Assembly: GCF_001194135.2 (NCBI RefSeq)
Contig: NC_068983.1
Location: 124,435,664-124,499,663 of the forward strand
From: Octopus bimaculoides
Lineage: Eukaryota
DNA: 64,000 nucleotides
Reading direction: 5' to 3'
Made by a program: the position numbers and the translations under genes. Positions within the stretch are counted from its first letter, which is position 1; the number at the start of each line of letters is the position of its first letter. The notes beneath the pieces are model-generated. The model was given only the letters and a program-made list of their open reading frames with translations, searched no databases and was not told the origin of the DNA. Below are positions 27,098-39,995 of the stretch, piece by piece.

Positions 27098-27354
27098 GTA
27101 TGNNNNNNNNNNNNNNNNNNNNNNNNNNNNNNNNNNNNNNNNNNNNNNNNNNNNNNNNNNNNNNNNNNNNNNNNNNNNNNNNNNNNNNNNNNNNNNNNNN
27201 NNNNNNNNNNNNNNNNNNNNNNNNNNNNNNNNNNNNNNNNNNNNNNNNNNNNNNNNNNNNNNNNNNNNNNNNNNNNNNNNNNNNNNNNNNNNNNNNNNNN
27301 NNNNNNNNNNNNNNNNNNNNNNNNNNNNNNNNNNNNNNNNNNNNNNATATGTGC

Positions 27355-27434
<80 letters not shown>

Positions 27435-27525
27435 ATATATGCAAAATACAAGTTTATATAGAAGTAATTCAGAACACCTTAAAGTTTTATAATGTACATG
27501 ATTCTACACTCATTTATTTGAAATA

Positions 27526-27745
27526 TAGTGTTGAGTCAAACGTTTTACAATATTTTGTTAACTTATTTGCTTTATTCGTAAAGTTACAACAAAAGCAGCC
27601 TAGTATTCAAAATAGAGGCCATCCTGTTGCAACGTCTGAAGACATCTTTCCGCCAGTTATTTGATCTCACGACGATACCAGTTCTTGTCGTTTGAGGTGA
27701 ACAACTCCTTCACTGAAGCTTCTATTTCATCTATGAAAGAGTAAT
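27526..27745 (-). mobile_element. Mariner 3' terminal fragment
   Basis: FIDEIEASVKELFTSNDKNWYRREIK*LAERCLQTLQQDGLYFEY*. Putative TIR TAGTGTTGAGTCAAACG after TA at 27524. Confidence 0.7.
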
Positions 27746-30459
27746 AAATTTACGCCTAGTACATAAGATAAAAGAGCACTTTTACAATCATTCTGTAACA
27801 TTATGAATTCACCAAAATGTTTATAGAATTTCATTGAGTATGTTTTATTCCCATTTTTAACATTTGGCAAAAAGCATATGCTGTTATATCGGAAGCAGCT
27901 TGTGACTAGAGAGTAGATCCTTAAATTTTTAGTTTGTATATTTGAATAACAATTAGGTTCACATCAGTAAAGTTGCCCACATTATCAACTTTCGGTCCAA
28001 ACGAATAATGCAACAGCTGATCACACTCTCAGACACATTGGTACCAACAGACGTGCCTGCATTATCTTCTTTACGGCAAATCAACTAGCGCGTCGACCGT
28101 AACAAATGAGCCTTTGTCATCACTTAGCAAAGGTGCCTTTGTCTCTAATCAGCAAGTCATCCCCACGGAATATTAAAGAATATTACTCTTAAGTAACGTA
28201 TCTCATAGATGAGCTTACACTTAATTCATCAGGGTCAGTTGATACAGATCAGACATTAGAATGAAGTCGTAGTGAGGCAAAGATATCAACACTCAAAGTA
28301 ATAGTAGAAGTCACCATGACAGCGAAAGTCACAAGAGGCAAAGCAGCGATGGACAGCAAACTATCTCTGAAGTATTTCAATAGCAGTTTTGGAACCAAAT
28401 AAGGTAGACTTTTTACCGGCAACTCGGACACTGCGTCCAACTGTAGCTGAGTTCACAAAAAAAAAAAAAAAAATTATCACCCACCTAGATTCCAGGCCTT
28501 TTAATAACTTACCTGTCTTCCCTAATGATATCGTATATATACTTTCTTCTTCCCACTGTATAATTGTGTAATATACACACAAGCATCTATGCCACATGCA
28601 ACCGTGGTCGGATGCAATGAGTTATTACATCAAACATAGATCTGCAGCTATTGAAATACAAATTTCTGCAACTATTAATATCACACATCATTCGAGAGAC
28701 GACCTTAACAACAAAAACAAAAACAAATTAACTTTTCCACGTTGTTCAATTAAGGTACATATAAATCATATTAATGTTTTCAGCAATGTAAGTTTGTCAG
28801 TAATAGCTGAAAGTCAGTAAATCCCAATATTAAAAACGTTTTCCTTTTTGGTTCTTTACGCTCCTATTTTTTGTATGCTTCAGATATTTCTTTATTAGCT
28901 GAATATATTGCATTAGAATCTTTATGCTAAATTTCGGATTTACCAACGTCCTCATGTTGAGTTATATGTATGCTTAAAGGTAGAATATTTGTATAAATAA
29001 CAGTTGGTTCTATTGATTACCTCTTTAACCAAGTAGCATCGTTATTCACATATCAACATCCACATTATCTGAATGATCCTGGGAATATTTTGCATTAGGT
29101 AGTGCAATATACCGAGCAGCGATATAGCTAACGGCATTCTCGTCCAAAAAATATTTTATTTGTTACTTTTAAACTTCTTCGAGGAAAGCTTATTCTTAGG
29201 AAAGATAAAAGAAAAGAAACAGGCAGTTCGAGAGAAATATTCGTTGTTTTGTCCAAATAAAAAAAGAACTTTGCAGCAACACAAGATTATTAACTGGAAC
29301 AGAATGCATCATATAAATAACTTGAATTTTGTGAATAATATGTTAATAAACGGCTTCGACAAATATAATCAGATTGTCAAATATTGTATTAGAATAAACA
29401 AAAGAGAATTGGACATAAATAATTAATTTTAATTATTAATTCAATCATTTGTTTCATTAATAATTTAATAGTTTAATTTAGTTTAAGTAAGCTTAAGCTT
29501 CAATTTAATTTGTTGGAGATTCAGATAATCCTTTCATTAAAGAGATGACTAAGAGTTTATTCAAAGAATCTTGGCGTGTTAATACAACCTTAATTTCGCC
29601 CGTGATTACAAAAAAAAAAAAGAGTTTTAAACTTACAGAAGTGTTTATAAGACTAAATAGTATAGATCAACTCAATTCTGTTCAAGAAAAGTGGTATAAT
29701 AATTTCTACAGCATTACTGAAGTTACACTTGATAATTCAATGACTTCCCAAAATACTAATATATTCGCAGATAGAGGCAATGATACAGGAAACCTATAAC
29801 AGAAAACTATTTCTTTGGATTGAACAATTATTTATTAAGAGCAGGAAAAAAGACTTATTTCTGAACAAATATTCATTTTGAGTACTTTCAAGACAACAGA
29901 AAAAGACCAAGACCAACAAACGAATACATATAGCTAAGACTCTCAGAACTAGATCCGTTACCTATGCCAACATGGATTAGACGAAAGTATATCAACGAGG
30001 CCTTGTTTTACAGCCGGATGCCTTATCTGTATCTAAACCTTACCTGTTATTCAAGCAAAGACTATTTTTTCATTCCTCATAATTTTTGGAAGTGTTAATT
30101 TACCGAGAAGTATGTTGACAGGGAATGACAAACAACTTCAACGTTCGTAGCTCAGTACTTTTTATGTGAAGCGCAGAATGTAAACATTTACACAGACAGA
30201 CAGAAGAACATGCGAGCAATAAAAAATAAGGTATCGTGTGACTGAAGATCTGCCGTTAGCATGTGCCTCTCCAAGGTGCGGGTCTGGTGGGAAAAGGTAT
30301 TTGTTATGAGAGATTAGCAGATGCTCGTGTTTGTGGCTACCCCTGTCAGCTTTACGGATGTTGAAGAAAAAAAAGAGCAAGATTGATATAGCTTGATAGA
30401 AGTAGATAGATATAAAATACTGTAGCCATCCATCTGTTATAAACTATAGTTTCAAGTTT

Positions 30460-30970
30460 AGCACTGCCAGGCCAGGGATTTCTGGAGGTTACCAATAGGC
30501 CTGGCCCGAAATTCCTTCGGAACAGACAAGCCAGCTCATTCATCTCGACATCCAGAGACTCCCCGAGAACTTTGTCGTACTTGTCTACCACTAAACCTCT
30601 ACAAAACGCCTGAGTGGAACTTCCACAGACCGTGTTGCTCAACTAACAGAAGACTGTGAGTGCCTGACGACAATCTAGGTGATAGGTGCCCTGCCTGGTT
30701 TACGTTTGATTCAGGAGTGCTGCTCAGACAACGAGATGAGTTGTGGGAAATCCTGTCTGACAAACGGCGGTCACACCTGCTCACTGTCTAGGAAGCACTG
30801 GAGATGTCGCAGCCTCAGCACGTCTGCGCATCAGCAACCATGGCATATCCAGCCTTCCATTCAATGGATGTTGGTAGCAAATGGAGAACCTGACCAGAGG
30901 AACGCGTCCCTTCCGTAGGAAGCGGAAGAGTACGTGCTCCAGTTAAGTCAGTACCGACTCATATTCCTAA
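30460..30970 (-). mobile_element. Tx1/L1-like LINE fragment (post-RT region)
   Basis: LEHVLFRFLRKGRVPLVRFSICYQHPLNGRLDMPWLLMRR..LRHLQCFLDSEQV..STQAFCRGLVVDKYDKVLGESLDV. Overlaps in homology with 22010-22300. Confidence 0.78.
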
Positions 30971-31329
30971 CAGATACTCAAACCTCAAAATCACCGCCCC
31001 AAAAGGTTCCCGAGGCTTTTAATAACTCAAAGCTTCCCTTCATGCCTCTATACACGCTAAAGACCCCCTCCCCATAATCGAAACTTTCCGTTTGTTAAAT
31101 CACGTCAAACAAATGTTTGGATTTTTACCTGTTTTATGCGTAATGATTTTCGTAGTAGATGTGGTTCACTGTTGCCCCATCCAGACTATCGGAGAATTTT
31201 GGTTACGTCATTTATAAATCATTTACACAATCAAATACCTTAAAACCAACCGCCTCCTCCGTATTCTTAGTGTGTGTTGTTGCAGTACAGTAGTGCATGT
31301 TAAGGAAACATTTTACACAGTTTACAATT

Positions 31330-32000
31330 CACGACAAACCCACCTACCTTCAACACCTACACAACTTACAATTATTATCACATCTGTATTTCTACACTAC
31401 AACAGTACAGATGAACACAGTTTACAAAGCATGAAGAAACTCATTAACCTCCAGTACTTGGGTGACTTAGAACAAACATTAAAATTCTTGCATGTCTACA
31501 ATACCAAAAACATAGAATGACTTCATTCGTGCCACATTTTGCATCCTTTTAAGCCTTCAGAAATTGCAGTTCTTTCTGTCGCATATCAAGACGCGTCGAG
31601 ACAATCTGTACCAATTTTGCAGAATCTGCCTACTTATAGCCATCACCTCTGATTACCCCCAAGTAATACTTCCATGTATAAAGGTCCCAAATGGTTTTTG
31701 CACTCAACACAAACAATTCCTCAAAAACAGAGTTCAAAAACAAATTCTTCCGAATCGTTCTATCTTCATCTCATCAATCTTACTATAGAATATTCTCTCA
31801 CAACTGTACAAAGCTTACAGGTTCTCAAACAGCGAGAGATTTGAGTCAAACGTGGAGCATGTATAGTAACAAAATATGTCGCAATTGATCAGTAACTTTA
31901 ACAACCCAGAAGACAAATAGATAGAGAAGTCCCTGGATACATTATATCTGGTATAAAATACAGAAAGGTCACATCTTGAATGCCTCATGTGGCTGTACAG
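31330..32000 (+). mobile_element. Degenerate CR1/L2-like LINE 3' RT fragment
   Basis: LQYLGDLEQTLKF (YLG motif), QFFLSHIK, NRVQKQ/FFRIVL segments in the expected order. Heavily decayed. Confidence 0.45.
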
Positions 32001-33478
32001 CGACATCAATAACAATACCACTAAGTCCTTCAAACAAATGAGGTCATTGGCCCTTATGATATTTCTTCCATAAACACCAAACAATGCCTTACAAAGCAAG
32101 TTATACTCTTTCCCAAACATTTTACTCTTTTTCTCTCGACAGGATATATCCTGGTTACACTATCTTCAAGAAGTCAAATACGCAGTCACTAAACATATGT
32201 AGAAAACAGCCTTGTACATCCCTAATCGTAGAACAGTATGAAATAAAGTTCCTCATACACACCAAAATGTGGCTGGTATTTGCTTCAGCGATCTCAAAAT
32301 ATGAAAGGCCAAGTTGTCCACAACAGGATTTGAACTTTGAATCTAAAGGAGTGTAGCTAAGCACTGCAAGACATTCTATACTTTCTGTAATTCCATTGTT
32401 TTCTCTAACAATGATTATTCGGATCTGAGCCAAAATCGATTGATTTTCCCTTTCATATAGCAAGATTATCAATGATAACCAAGTGAACGTGTATGGAAAT
32501 TCTTGAGTATTAATAATAGATTATTCCGAGGCCTTATTTAATTTTCTTTATTTGTATATATATATCCAATTATCTTTCTTATATTAACTCATACCAAACC
32601 TAAAATAAAACAAAGCATATGCTCACCATTTAGTTTTAGGTTAATGTTAGTATTAGATTATTGCTAAATGTATCTTTTATTTGGCCTCTGTTTATAGAAG
32701 TTACACTGTGTCATTATTGATCTAAACATATACTAAAATACGTAAACATCATCAATAATACTTGGATTATAAGTGATTTTCATGCTTCAAAAATACTTAA
32801 TCAGTTTTCCAGAGAAAATTATTAGATGTAATATTGGCCATCTGTATTTCGTTGGTTGGACGAAACGAATGAAAGCAACATGACGCAACAGTATTATACC
32901 AGTTTAATAATAAGGTTGCGTATTTCAGATATAATTATATAATTATAAACTGAGAAATGTAGTTACAATAGATGCAGAGAAATAGTAATGGCGTCGAAGA
33001 AATGCACCGAAAATTACTCGGTGAAGCGGAAATGCAACAAAGCTATGTAAATCGGATATCTTTCAGTAGCCAATGAACCAGAACATGGACAGAGAAAAGC
33101 CAACCAACCGAAAACTGCGAACAGAATAATGGCTAACATTGCTTACACCGGGTTTATACAGTATGTGTGAGTGTAAATAAGGAAATTGTATGTCTACGTG
33201 TTCATCTGAATATCTGTATGTATGTGTGTGTTCATCTGACTGTGTGTGTCTGTGCGTGTGTTTACTTAACTGCGAAGAATAACTCTTATTTCGCTAGAAG
33301 GGTATTTCTCATGTCGAATTCAGTCTTGAATACCATATTAAAGGAATTTTAATTTTCTGGTAGTAATTCACTGATATCGCTAGTTGAAATTATATCCAAG
33401 CAGCAGGGATAAGATCGAAAATTGCGTACATGCACACACACTTACGCACGCACGCACGTACGCATATAAATGCGCGCG

Positions 33479-33528
<50 letters not shown>

Positions 33529-33849
33529 CTCTCTCTCTCCCCCTCTCTCACACATACACACATACACACACATATTGGTTACGTGTGCATAAGTCAGGAA
33601 AAAGTACTCTCCACACTTTAAAAGAGAATTTGAGATTAGTACATCCCTGGTTATGACAACTGAAAGTTACAATTGTTTTCGTGTGCACTTGCCAATATTG
33701 ACGACTCCTCAGACATGTTGACCGAAAGAACACATGATCTATTTAATGCTGGTGGTGAATATGCGGTGCAAGTTCGCTCGGTGGAGATAAAACCAGGACG
33801 AAAGTATACAAAATTTCTGGAGAGGAAAGAAGAGATACTACCCACTGAA

Positions 33850-35010
33850 CGATTTCAAGAAGGCCAGACCAAATCCAGAAGACTGCTTCAATGTGGCCAT
33901 GGGATCATTCGACAACGATCAACAAAGATCATTTAGTCTTGATAACTGCAATAAGAAACTCCCGTCAATCTGCTGTAGCCTATATATAAGGATGATGCTT
34001 AAGCCATCTCTAGAGGCTTAAGAAAAAACTTTATTCAAGCTTTTAACTTTAAAATTACCATAGAGACTAACATTACTGTTGTACATTTTTTAGGCGTAAC
34101 GTTCGATTTGGTCACTGCTTCACACAGGCCCTACCGCAAGCCCAATAAAAATGTGTCATACATCCAGACATCCCCCTGCCACCCGCCTCTAGTATTTAGA
34201 AACCGTGTAAAAAAGTGTCAATAAGCGGATATACAAGCTATCCTTGAACAATAACAATTTTGTTGCAGCGCCACACCAGTGACAACAAAACTCTAGCACC
34301 CAGCGTGTTTAAGGGCCACATTACCTATATGCGCCCACAAGAGAAAGCACCACCAGAGAATTCTTTTGTTACGCCCGCTCTTTTCATCATTGTGAAAACC
34401 TGCGTAGGAAGGGCTACCCTGAAATTAGTGAATAAGTATTTACACAATCCTATAGTCATGGGATATTATTCAATAAGCATCTAGTTGTGCGTCTTGTCTA
34501 GTTGTACGTCTTGTCTAGTTGTACGTCTTGTCTAGTTGTGCGTCTTGTCTAGTTGTGCGTCTTGTCTAGTTGTGCGTCTTGTCTAGTTGTACGTCTAGTA
34601 TCAAAAAGATATTAGTGAGCGCTCCTAACATTAGGAGCCCATTGAAATATCGATGCAACACTGATACCATAGTCTACGAAGCAGAAGTGGTGTTGTGCAA
34701 CAACAGTAACAACAGCAACAGCGGAGGGACACATACACTCACAGAAATATGTTGGGGCAACGGAGGTCCCTTTAAAACCAGATTAAATAGTCAAGAATTT
34801 CTTTTAGAATCCAAGACAACCTCAACGTTACAATAGTAGTGGCGATTAAATGAGAAAGAAGCGCCGTGCAAAATCAAGTGGAAACTACTGGAACAACGTG
34901 GGTCATACATTGACGGAAGTAGGCGATGCAAGATTTACTTGGCCGAGAGGTTGTGTGGCCAGCATGTCTCAGAAGTCTTCAATATTGTCTTGTGCAATGA
35001 CACGCGAAAC
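33850..35010 (+). mobile_element. Penelope-like element (Neptune-like) RT C-terminus plus GIY-YIG, pseudogene
   Basis: FNVAMGSFD, LY.DD (frameshifted), KITIETNITVVHFLGVTFDL..YRKPNKNVSYIQTSPCHPP, VKTCVGRATLKLVNKY, IVYEAEV..GPFKTRLN, IKWKLLEQRGSYIDGSRRCKIYLAE. Confidence 0.88.
34481..34595 (+). repeat. 17-bp minisatellite CTAGTTGT(G/A)CGTCTTGT x ~6.8
   Basis: Units start at 34481, 34498, 34515, 34532, 34549, 34566 and 34583 (partial). Confidence 0.97.
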
Positions 35011-36430
35011 GAATAGTAACTTGGTGCAAGACTAGCTATCATGTGTGTGCACGCATAAACACAGCCAAAAGTTGGGAAAGAATGAAGCGATAAAGAGAAA
35101 TAAGGAAATAGAGAAGTATGGAAAGAGAAAAATATAGAGAGAGTCCTTCTCACAAGCACGTATGCACATGCTCGCATACATATATATAAACATATCAACT
35201 TGTTGGTCAGCGGTTTCATTGTTAAAGGTGAGAGTGGAGTTGGTGATGGGGGGGGGGCAATAATAGAACCAAAACTATACACTGGTCTTATGAAAAAAAA
35301 AACGTGTAAGAAAGCAGAGAGAAACAAAGAAAAAAGATAGAAAGAGTAAAATATTAATGTATTAGTGTTGGTGGTGTGAATCTTGAAATCTTTGTATTGT
35401 GCATCATAAATTCGTGACCCCAGTTTCCGATGTTTGAATGATCAGCTCTTGTAAAACTTTTGCTTGCTTTCCTTGAACTATGCTTAAAACTTGAAAGTTT
35501 TTTTAAAGATACATAAATAAGAGGTGTCTGTTCTTACTTATTTCGAATTCAGTCTTGAATACCATATTGAATACCAAACTGATATTTTGTATCAAATTAC
35601 AAAATGCAGATTCCCCGATGCTGATGTGAAATAACTCACTCCTCTTCTTAGAGAAAACTCCAATATATTTTTGAAAATTTTATATAATAATTGTGTATGT
35701 ATTGTCGATAACTACACGAACTAAGGAAATATAAGAATTAGATATAACATACAATTCCACAACGAAACACAAACGATTGCTGTGGATTGGAAGGTAAAAC
35801 CATCGAGCTAATAATTTAATGAGCGGTTTCAATAATTTATTTTGTTCTTGGTACCCAGGCATGATACTTATTTGAAACAACGGAATATAAGAATTTGGCT
35901 GTGGGCTTACAGATCTGATTTCAATGAGATTCACTGAAAACGAAAATATGGCAATGACATGAAAATATAGTAAATTCTCAATTGGAGATGATATAATTTT
36001 ATACAAGAAAGTTCGAATATCTGGTTGTTCATCAACTAGTATGGTAATTAAAAAAAAAATCCATGAGAAGGTTATTCTGTGACCAACGCATAAAAGCAGT
36101 CGCCAGAAAGGAAACAAACAAAAACAGAAAAAGAAATTGTTCCTTAAGGGATAACACATGAGATTGGAATTGGTTTATTTGCTGACCAAACTATTAAATG
36201 ATGAATATTACTTTAGCCTGTAGCATTACTTTACCAACCTATAGTCGTGGAGGGACGTTGAGCAGGAATTATATCTTTTTTAAAATAGAAAGCAGATATG
36301 AGTTGGGAATATATATATTATATATATATNNNNNNNNNNNNNNNNNNNNNNNNNNNNNNNNNNNNNNNNNNNNNNNNNNNNNNNNNNNNNNNNNNNNNNN
36401 NNNNNNNNNNNTATATATGTATGTATATAT

Positions 36431-36835
36431 AAGCAAAGTAGCTAGTTATAAAATCTCAAGAAGAGATAGAGTAGTAACGTATACTAAACAGTAGAGCGAG
36501 TTGCCACATCAAAATAGCAGGTGAATGTTACTACTAGTTTAACCCCAGGCAGATTCTCCGCCAGCTGGTTTTCGATGCAACGTTCTGCATCTTTTATATA
36601 CAATATATCGCTAGCAGAGGGAACGAACTCCTACTAACTTCAATCAACTAACAAGATCGCGGGACTGTCCCAGTTTCGAGCTAGTTGGCTTTTCGTCAGC
36701 CGCGCGCACCTACGCAATGGAGTGATAGCTAAGATCTCCTTCTGTCAGCGATGTACTGTAAACAAAGTGATCATCGGTCACTTATTTTCAACAAGCAAAG
36801 TAGCTAGTTATAAAATCCCATGAAGCGATAGAGTA
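36431..36835 (-). mobile_element. 362-bp terminally redundant unit carrying a hammerhead (retrozyme-like or PLE pLTR)
   Basis: 43-bp direct repeats at 36431-36473 and 36793-36835 (40/43 identical). No ORF. Hammerhead between them. Confidence 0.65.
36658..36704 (-). ncRNA. Type-I hammerhead ribozyme motif
   Basis: CGCGG-CTGACGA-A-AAGC-CAACTA-GCTC-GAA-ACTG-GGA-CAGT-C-CCGCG. 5-bp GC helix I, 4-bp helix III, GUC triplet. Only defect is A instead of G at position 10.1. Confidence 0.85.
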
Positions 36836-37160
36836 CAGGACGTCACCAACGGTGCAAATTACATGAAGTACGTAAACAAATGAGGTAAATACATAAACAA
36901 TGAGAAAAAAAGGGAAAACAGGACAAGTAAACACAGAGAAAGGACCCTTGATCAGTTGTCGGATGTCAATCTACTCCTCATTTCGAACATTCAACCACAG
37001 TATGAGTCTTCAAAGACAGTTGCTCCTATAAATTCTAAAATAAGATTTAGGATTTATGGAGGATCAAAGTTGAGAACAAAACCATGAAAATGGAGACATA
37101 CAAGGAAACCGAACGAAAGCAAACATGGAGGCTCGTTAGACTAGAGCGAGGGGATATGTT
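36836..37160 (-). mobile_element. Probable PLE pseudo-LTR/3' fragment of an abundant octopus repeat
   Basis: Sequence (GACCCTTGATCAGTTGTCGGATGTC..CTCATTTCGAACATTCAAC..GGAGGCTCGTTAGACTAGAGCGAGGG) resembles a repeat I recall from octopus DNA. No intact ribozyme core. Assignment from memory only. Confidence 0.4.
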
Positions 37161-37307
37161 TGTATGTCATTACCCAGTTTTATTTCAAGATTTCTTGCCA
37201 GTAGAGAAAGAGTCGGTTTCTAACCAACCTAGATCCAAGGCTCCGTAATTGGAATTCCAACATCAACGGCAGGGTACTTTTGTATGTATGTATGCCTGTA
37301 TGTATAC

Positions 37308-37343
<36 letters not shown>

Positions 37344-37346
37344 GTA

Positions 37347-37380
<34 letters not shown>

Positions 37381-37390
37381 NNNNNNNNNN

Positions 37391-37458
<68 letters not shown>

Positions 37459-39505
37459 GTACATTATTAATGTTGAACGAATGAGAAAGGAGTACTCATT
37501 ACACGTAGCTGATATAGTTTTAATAAAATTTTCTCTCTCTCTCTCCTTCTCTATCTCTATCTCTATTCATCTATCCATCTTATCTATTGATATAATGCTC
37601 AGTACAGCGTCACCAAATTGACTGAAATATATTAAAATGTTAGAAAGCCTAGTTGCGGGAGAAATATAAGAATGTAAGCAGCTTCTTTTTATGCCTTTGC
37701 AGTTTAGAGAAAGGAGTGGTGAGTCTTGACAGGTTACTCCAAGAATTATTGACTGTTCTTCAAGGAAAACATACCCCTTCTCTTATATGGTGCTTTTATA
37801 TTATTAACTGAATCTTTAAAAATAAGTTGTTACTAATTAGAAACATATACTTATACTGTATGCCTTGTGTTGAGTAGTTTAGCTTTAAAAGAATGATTGA
37901 GATGGAATGGCGAAAAGTATAGTAGATAATTGTATAATATACAGTTTTGTACAACCAAATACTCAGATCAAACCTTACTGTAGGCAGCTAAACCGTTCCA
38001 CCTCACCCCTGGAAGGTATGCTTTCTATGGTCAGTCACGCCGAATACGTTTCTTCTTCAGTCCCAAAGAAAATTGAGAAATCAATATTTGCTTCAATTTA
38101 GCTATATTTGATCCTGCAGTTAGTATCTCCGATTTCAACTGACGCTTAGAATTTCTTTATTTGCAGCTGCGATGTTTCCAAATGTATTTGAATAATGTTT
38201 TATTTTTACTATGTATTTTCATCAATAACAAAAAAAAAAGAAAAAAAATGACTGCATTTATTGTTTTTTTACTTTTATTCGTTTCATATGTCGAAGAAAA
38301 ATAACCTATTGTCCAACGTAAAACGTTAATCTAAATTTAAGCAGATTCAGACACATATGTCAAAACATATTTCATATTTATTGTTGTTCATTTAGCTTAA
38401 ACATTTTTATGAAGTTGGCACTGGCGACACGTAGATTATATCTGAAATAAAAAAACAGCAAGATTTTATAACATACTTTATAGTCGTTCAGCCTGAATGT
38501 CAACGTTGACATTATATAACACTAGATTTTTGAACACGAAGCTATATATATAAGATCTAAAGTAATCCCTTTCTACTGTTATAAGACGGGTGTTATCTAT
38601 TCTTAGATAGTATCACTCCAATGCTTTTGGTGGGGTTACTGTAGCTGATATTTATGTTGGTGCTGTTATTCGTGTTACTATCAGTTTAAATCCAATGCAA
38701 TAACAACGTGGATCTCCCGAAGGATTGTAGGCCTGTTTTGGTCCATATTCGTATTCAGAAGAGTATACCCACATATACACATTTACACGTTCGCACGCAC
38801 ACACACACACTGTATATATCATCTCCAATTGAGAAGACAGACACAGAAGGTCCCTAATTCTTCATCAGTTGTCAACCAGGTGGTATTATTCAGTTTCTCA
38901 CCATTAATGATAAGACTGAGATGCCTCCCATTCTGGCGGTGCCCGCGAAAGTTATGGAGAATATAGGGCCGAGAGCAAAGAATACCTGGATCACCAGCGA
39001 TACAAAAGTGGACGTACGAAATATAATTTAGGACGATAGACAAAGTACAAAGACGAAAGAAATAAGAAATGAACAGAATACAGCCTCAGAACCAAAAGAA
39101 CACGAATGGTGGATAACGTTTAGAGGGCAATCCTAAAAGATAAAGGCGACAAAAAACAAAACGTGTACCAGTGGGACACAGAAAATTTAGGACCGGTCAG
39201 CTACGAGACCAGTTTAAAAAGAGAGACAAAGACAGGCTGGCCCCAGGTCACGTGTCAACAGCAGGCAAAGGAGAAAGAGGGCGAGAGAAAGACAGAGAGA
39301 AAAAAGGGAATGAATGAAGAGGAAAAAAAGGAGAAAGAAGAAAGGCTAGTAATAGAAGTAAGAGGGTTAGAGAGAAAGAAAGAGAGAGAAAGAAAGGAAG
39401 ACACGAACAGAGAAGAAAGGAGAAAGGCTAGAAATAGAGTAGTATGGATATATAAATAATCTACTGTTAATAAAAGCCAGGGTGCGTTGCTTTCCTTTAT
39501 ATATA

Positions 39506-39995
39506 TCAGGTCATCCCATAAATTCTGTCCGTATTTTGAATAAAGAAAACAAGTGATCAAATATATTTCATTGAAATTTAATCATCACTACTTTCCCTGA
39601 TTATCTATGACTTCCTTCCATCTATTTACAAGCTTTTTAATCCCATCAATGTAAAACTCTTTTGGTTTCAAAGCGAAGAACTCTCAAATGTCAGTTTCGA
39701 CCTCCTCTTGGCTTGCGAAAGTTATGTCCCCCAAATGATTCTGTAAACTATGAAACAAATGGTAGTCTGAAGGAGCAAGGTCGGGAGAATAAGGTGGATG
39801 TAGAAGAATTTTTTTCCCAACCAAGCTCTTCCATCTTCTGTGATGTGATCTTTGCAGTGTGGTGTCGCGCATTATCCTGATGAAACATCACTCCTTTTTG
39901 ATTCACTAAAGCTGGTATTTTTTCTTCAAAGCTTGGTTCAAACGCTCTAATTACTGACAGTAGACTTAAGCATTGATAGATCCATTAGGTGGGAT
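39506..39995 (-). mobile_element. Mariner 3' fragment (DD34D)
   Basis: YCQ*LERLNQALKKKIPALVNQKGVMFHQDNARHHTAK..LLHPPYSPDLAPSDYHLFHSLQNHL..FYIDGIKKLVNRW. TIR TCAGGTCATCCCATAAATTCTG after TA. Confidence 0.92.

Noticed and set aside
27950-28800. Coding-looking region (possible cadherin-like or hAT-like fragments; strong minus-strand CAG|GTAAGT donor near 28513)
   Set aside because: Stops in all frames, no convincing motif series, and no acceptor giving a recognisable exon.
32985-33045. CACCGA/TCGGTG hairpin followed by GAAG, preceded by TCGAAGA
   Set aside because: Core and GAAA both non-canonical, and no helix I or III.
33660-33720. Minus-strand CTGAGGA..GAAAACAATTGTA with a palindrome
   Set aside because: Extra A in GAAA, only 2-bp helices I and II. 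Consistent with chance.
34481-34595. CRISPR-like array
   Set aside because: Units are contiguous with no spacers, no cas genes, and the context is eukaryotic.
36930-37000. Type II hammerhead reading (GAAA upstream of CTGATCA)
   Set aside because: Helices of 2 bp or fewer and a non-canonical core.
38040-38068. CTGAAGA-A-GAAACGTA (hammerhead lacking helix II)
   Set aside because: No helix II, weak helix I, and flanks unrelated to the other ribozyme families.
38830-38875. GACAA-CTGATGA-AGAA..TTCT-GTGTC-TGTC
   Set aside because: Helix II and a GUC with partial helix I exist, but GAAA is absent. Possibly a deleted relic and not supportable. An LTR interpretation of 38820-39260 also lacked TG..CA ends, TSD and a clear PBS.
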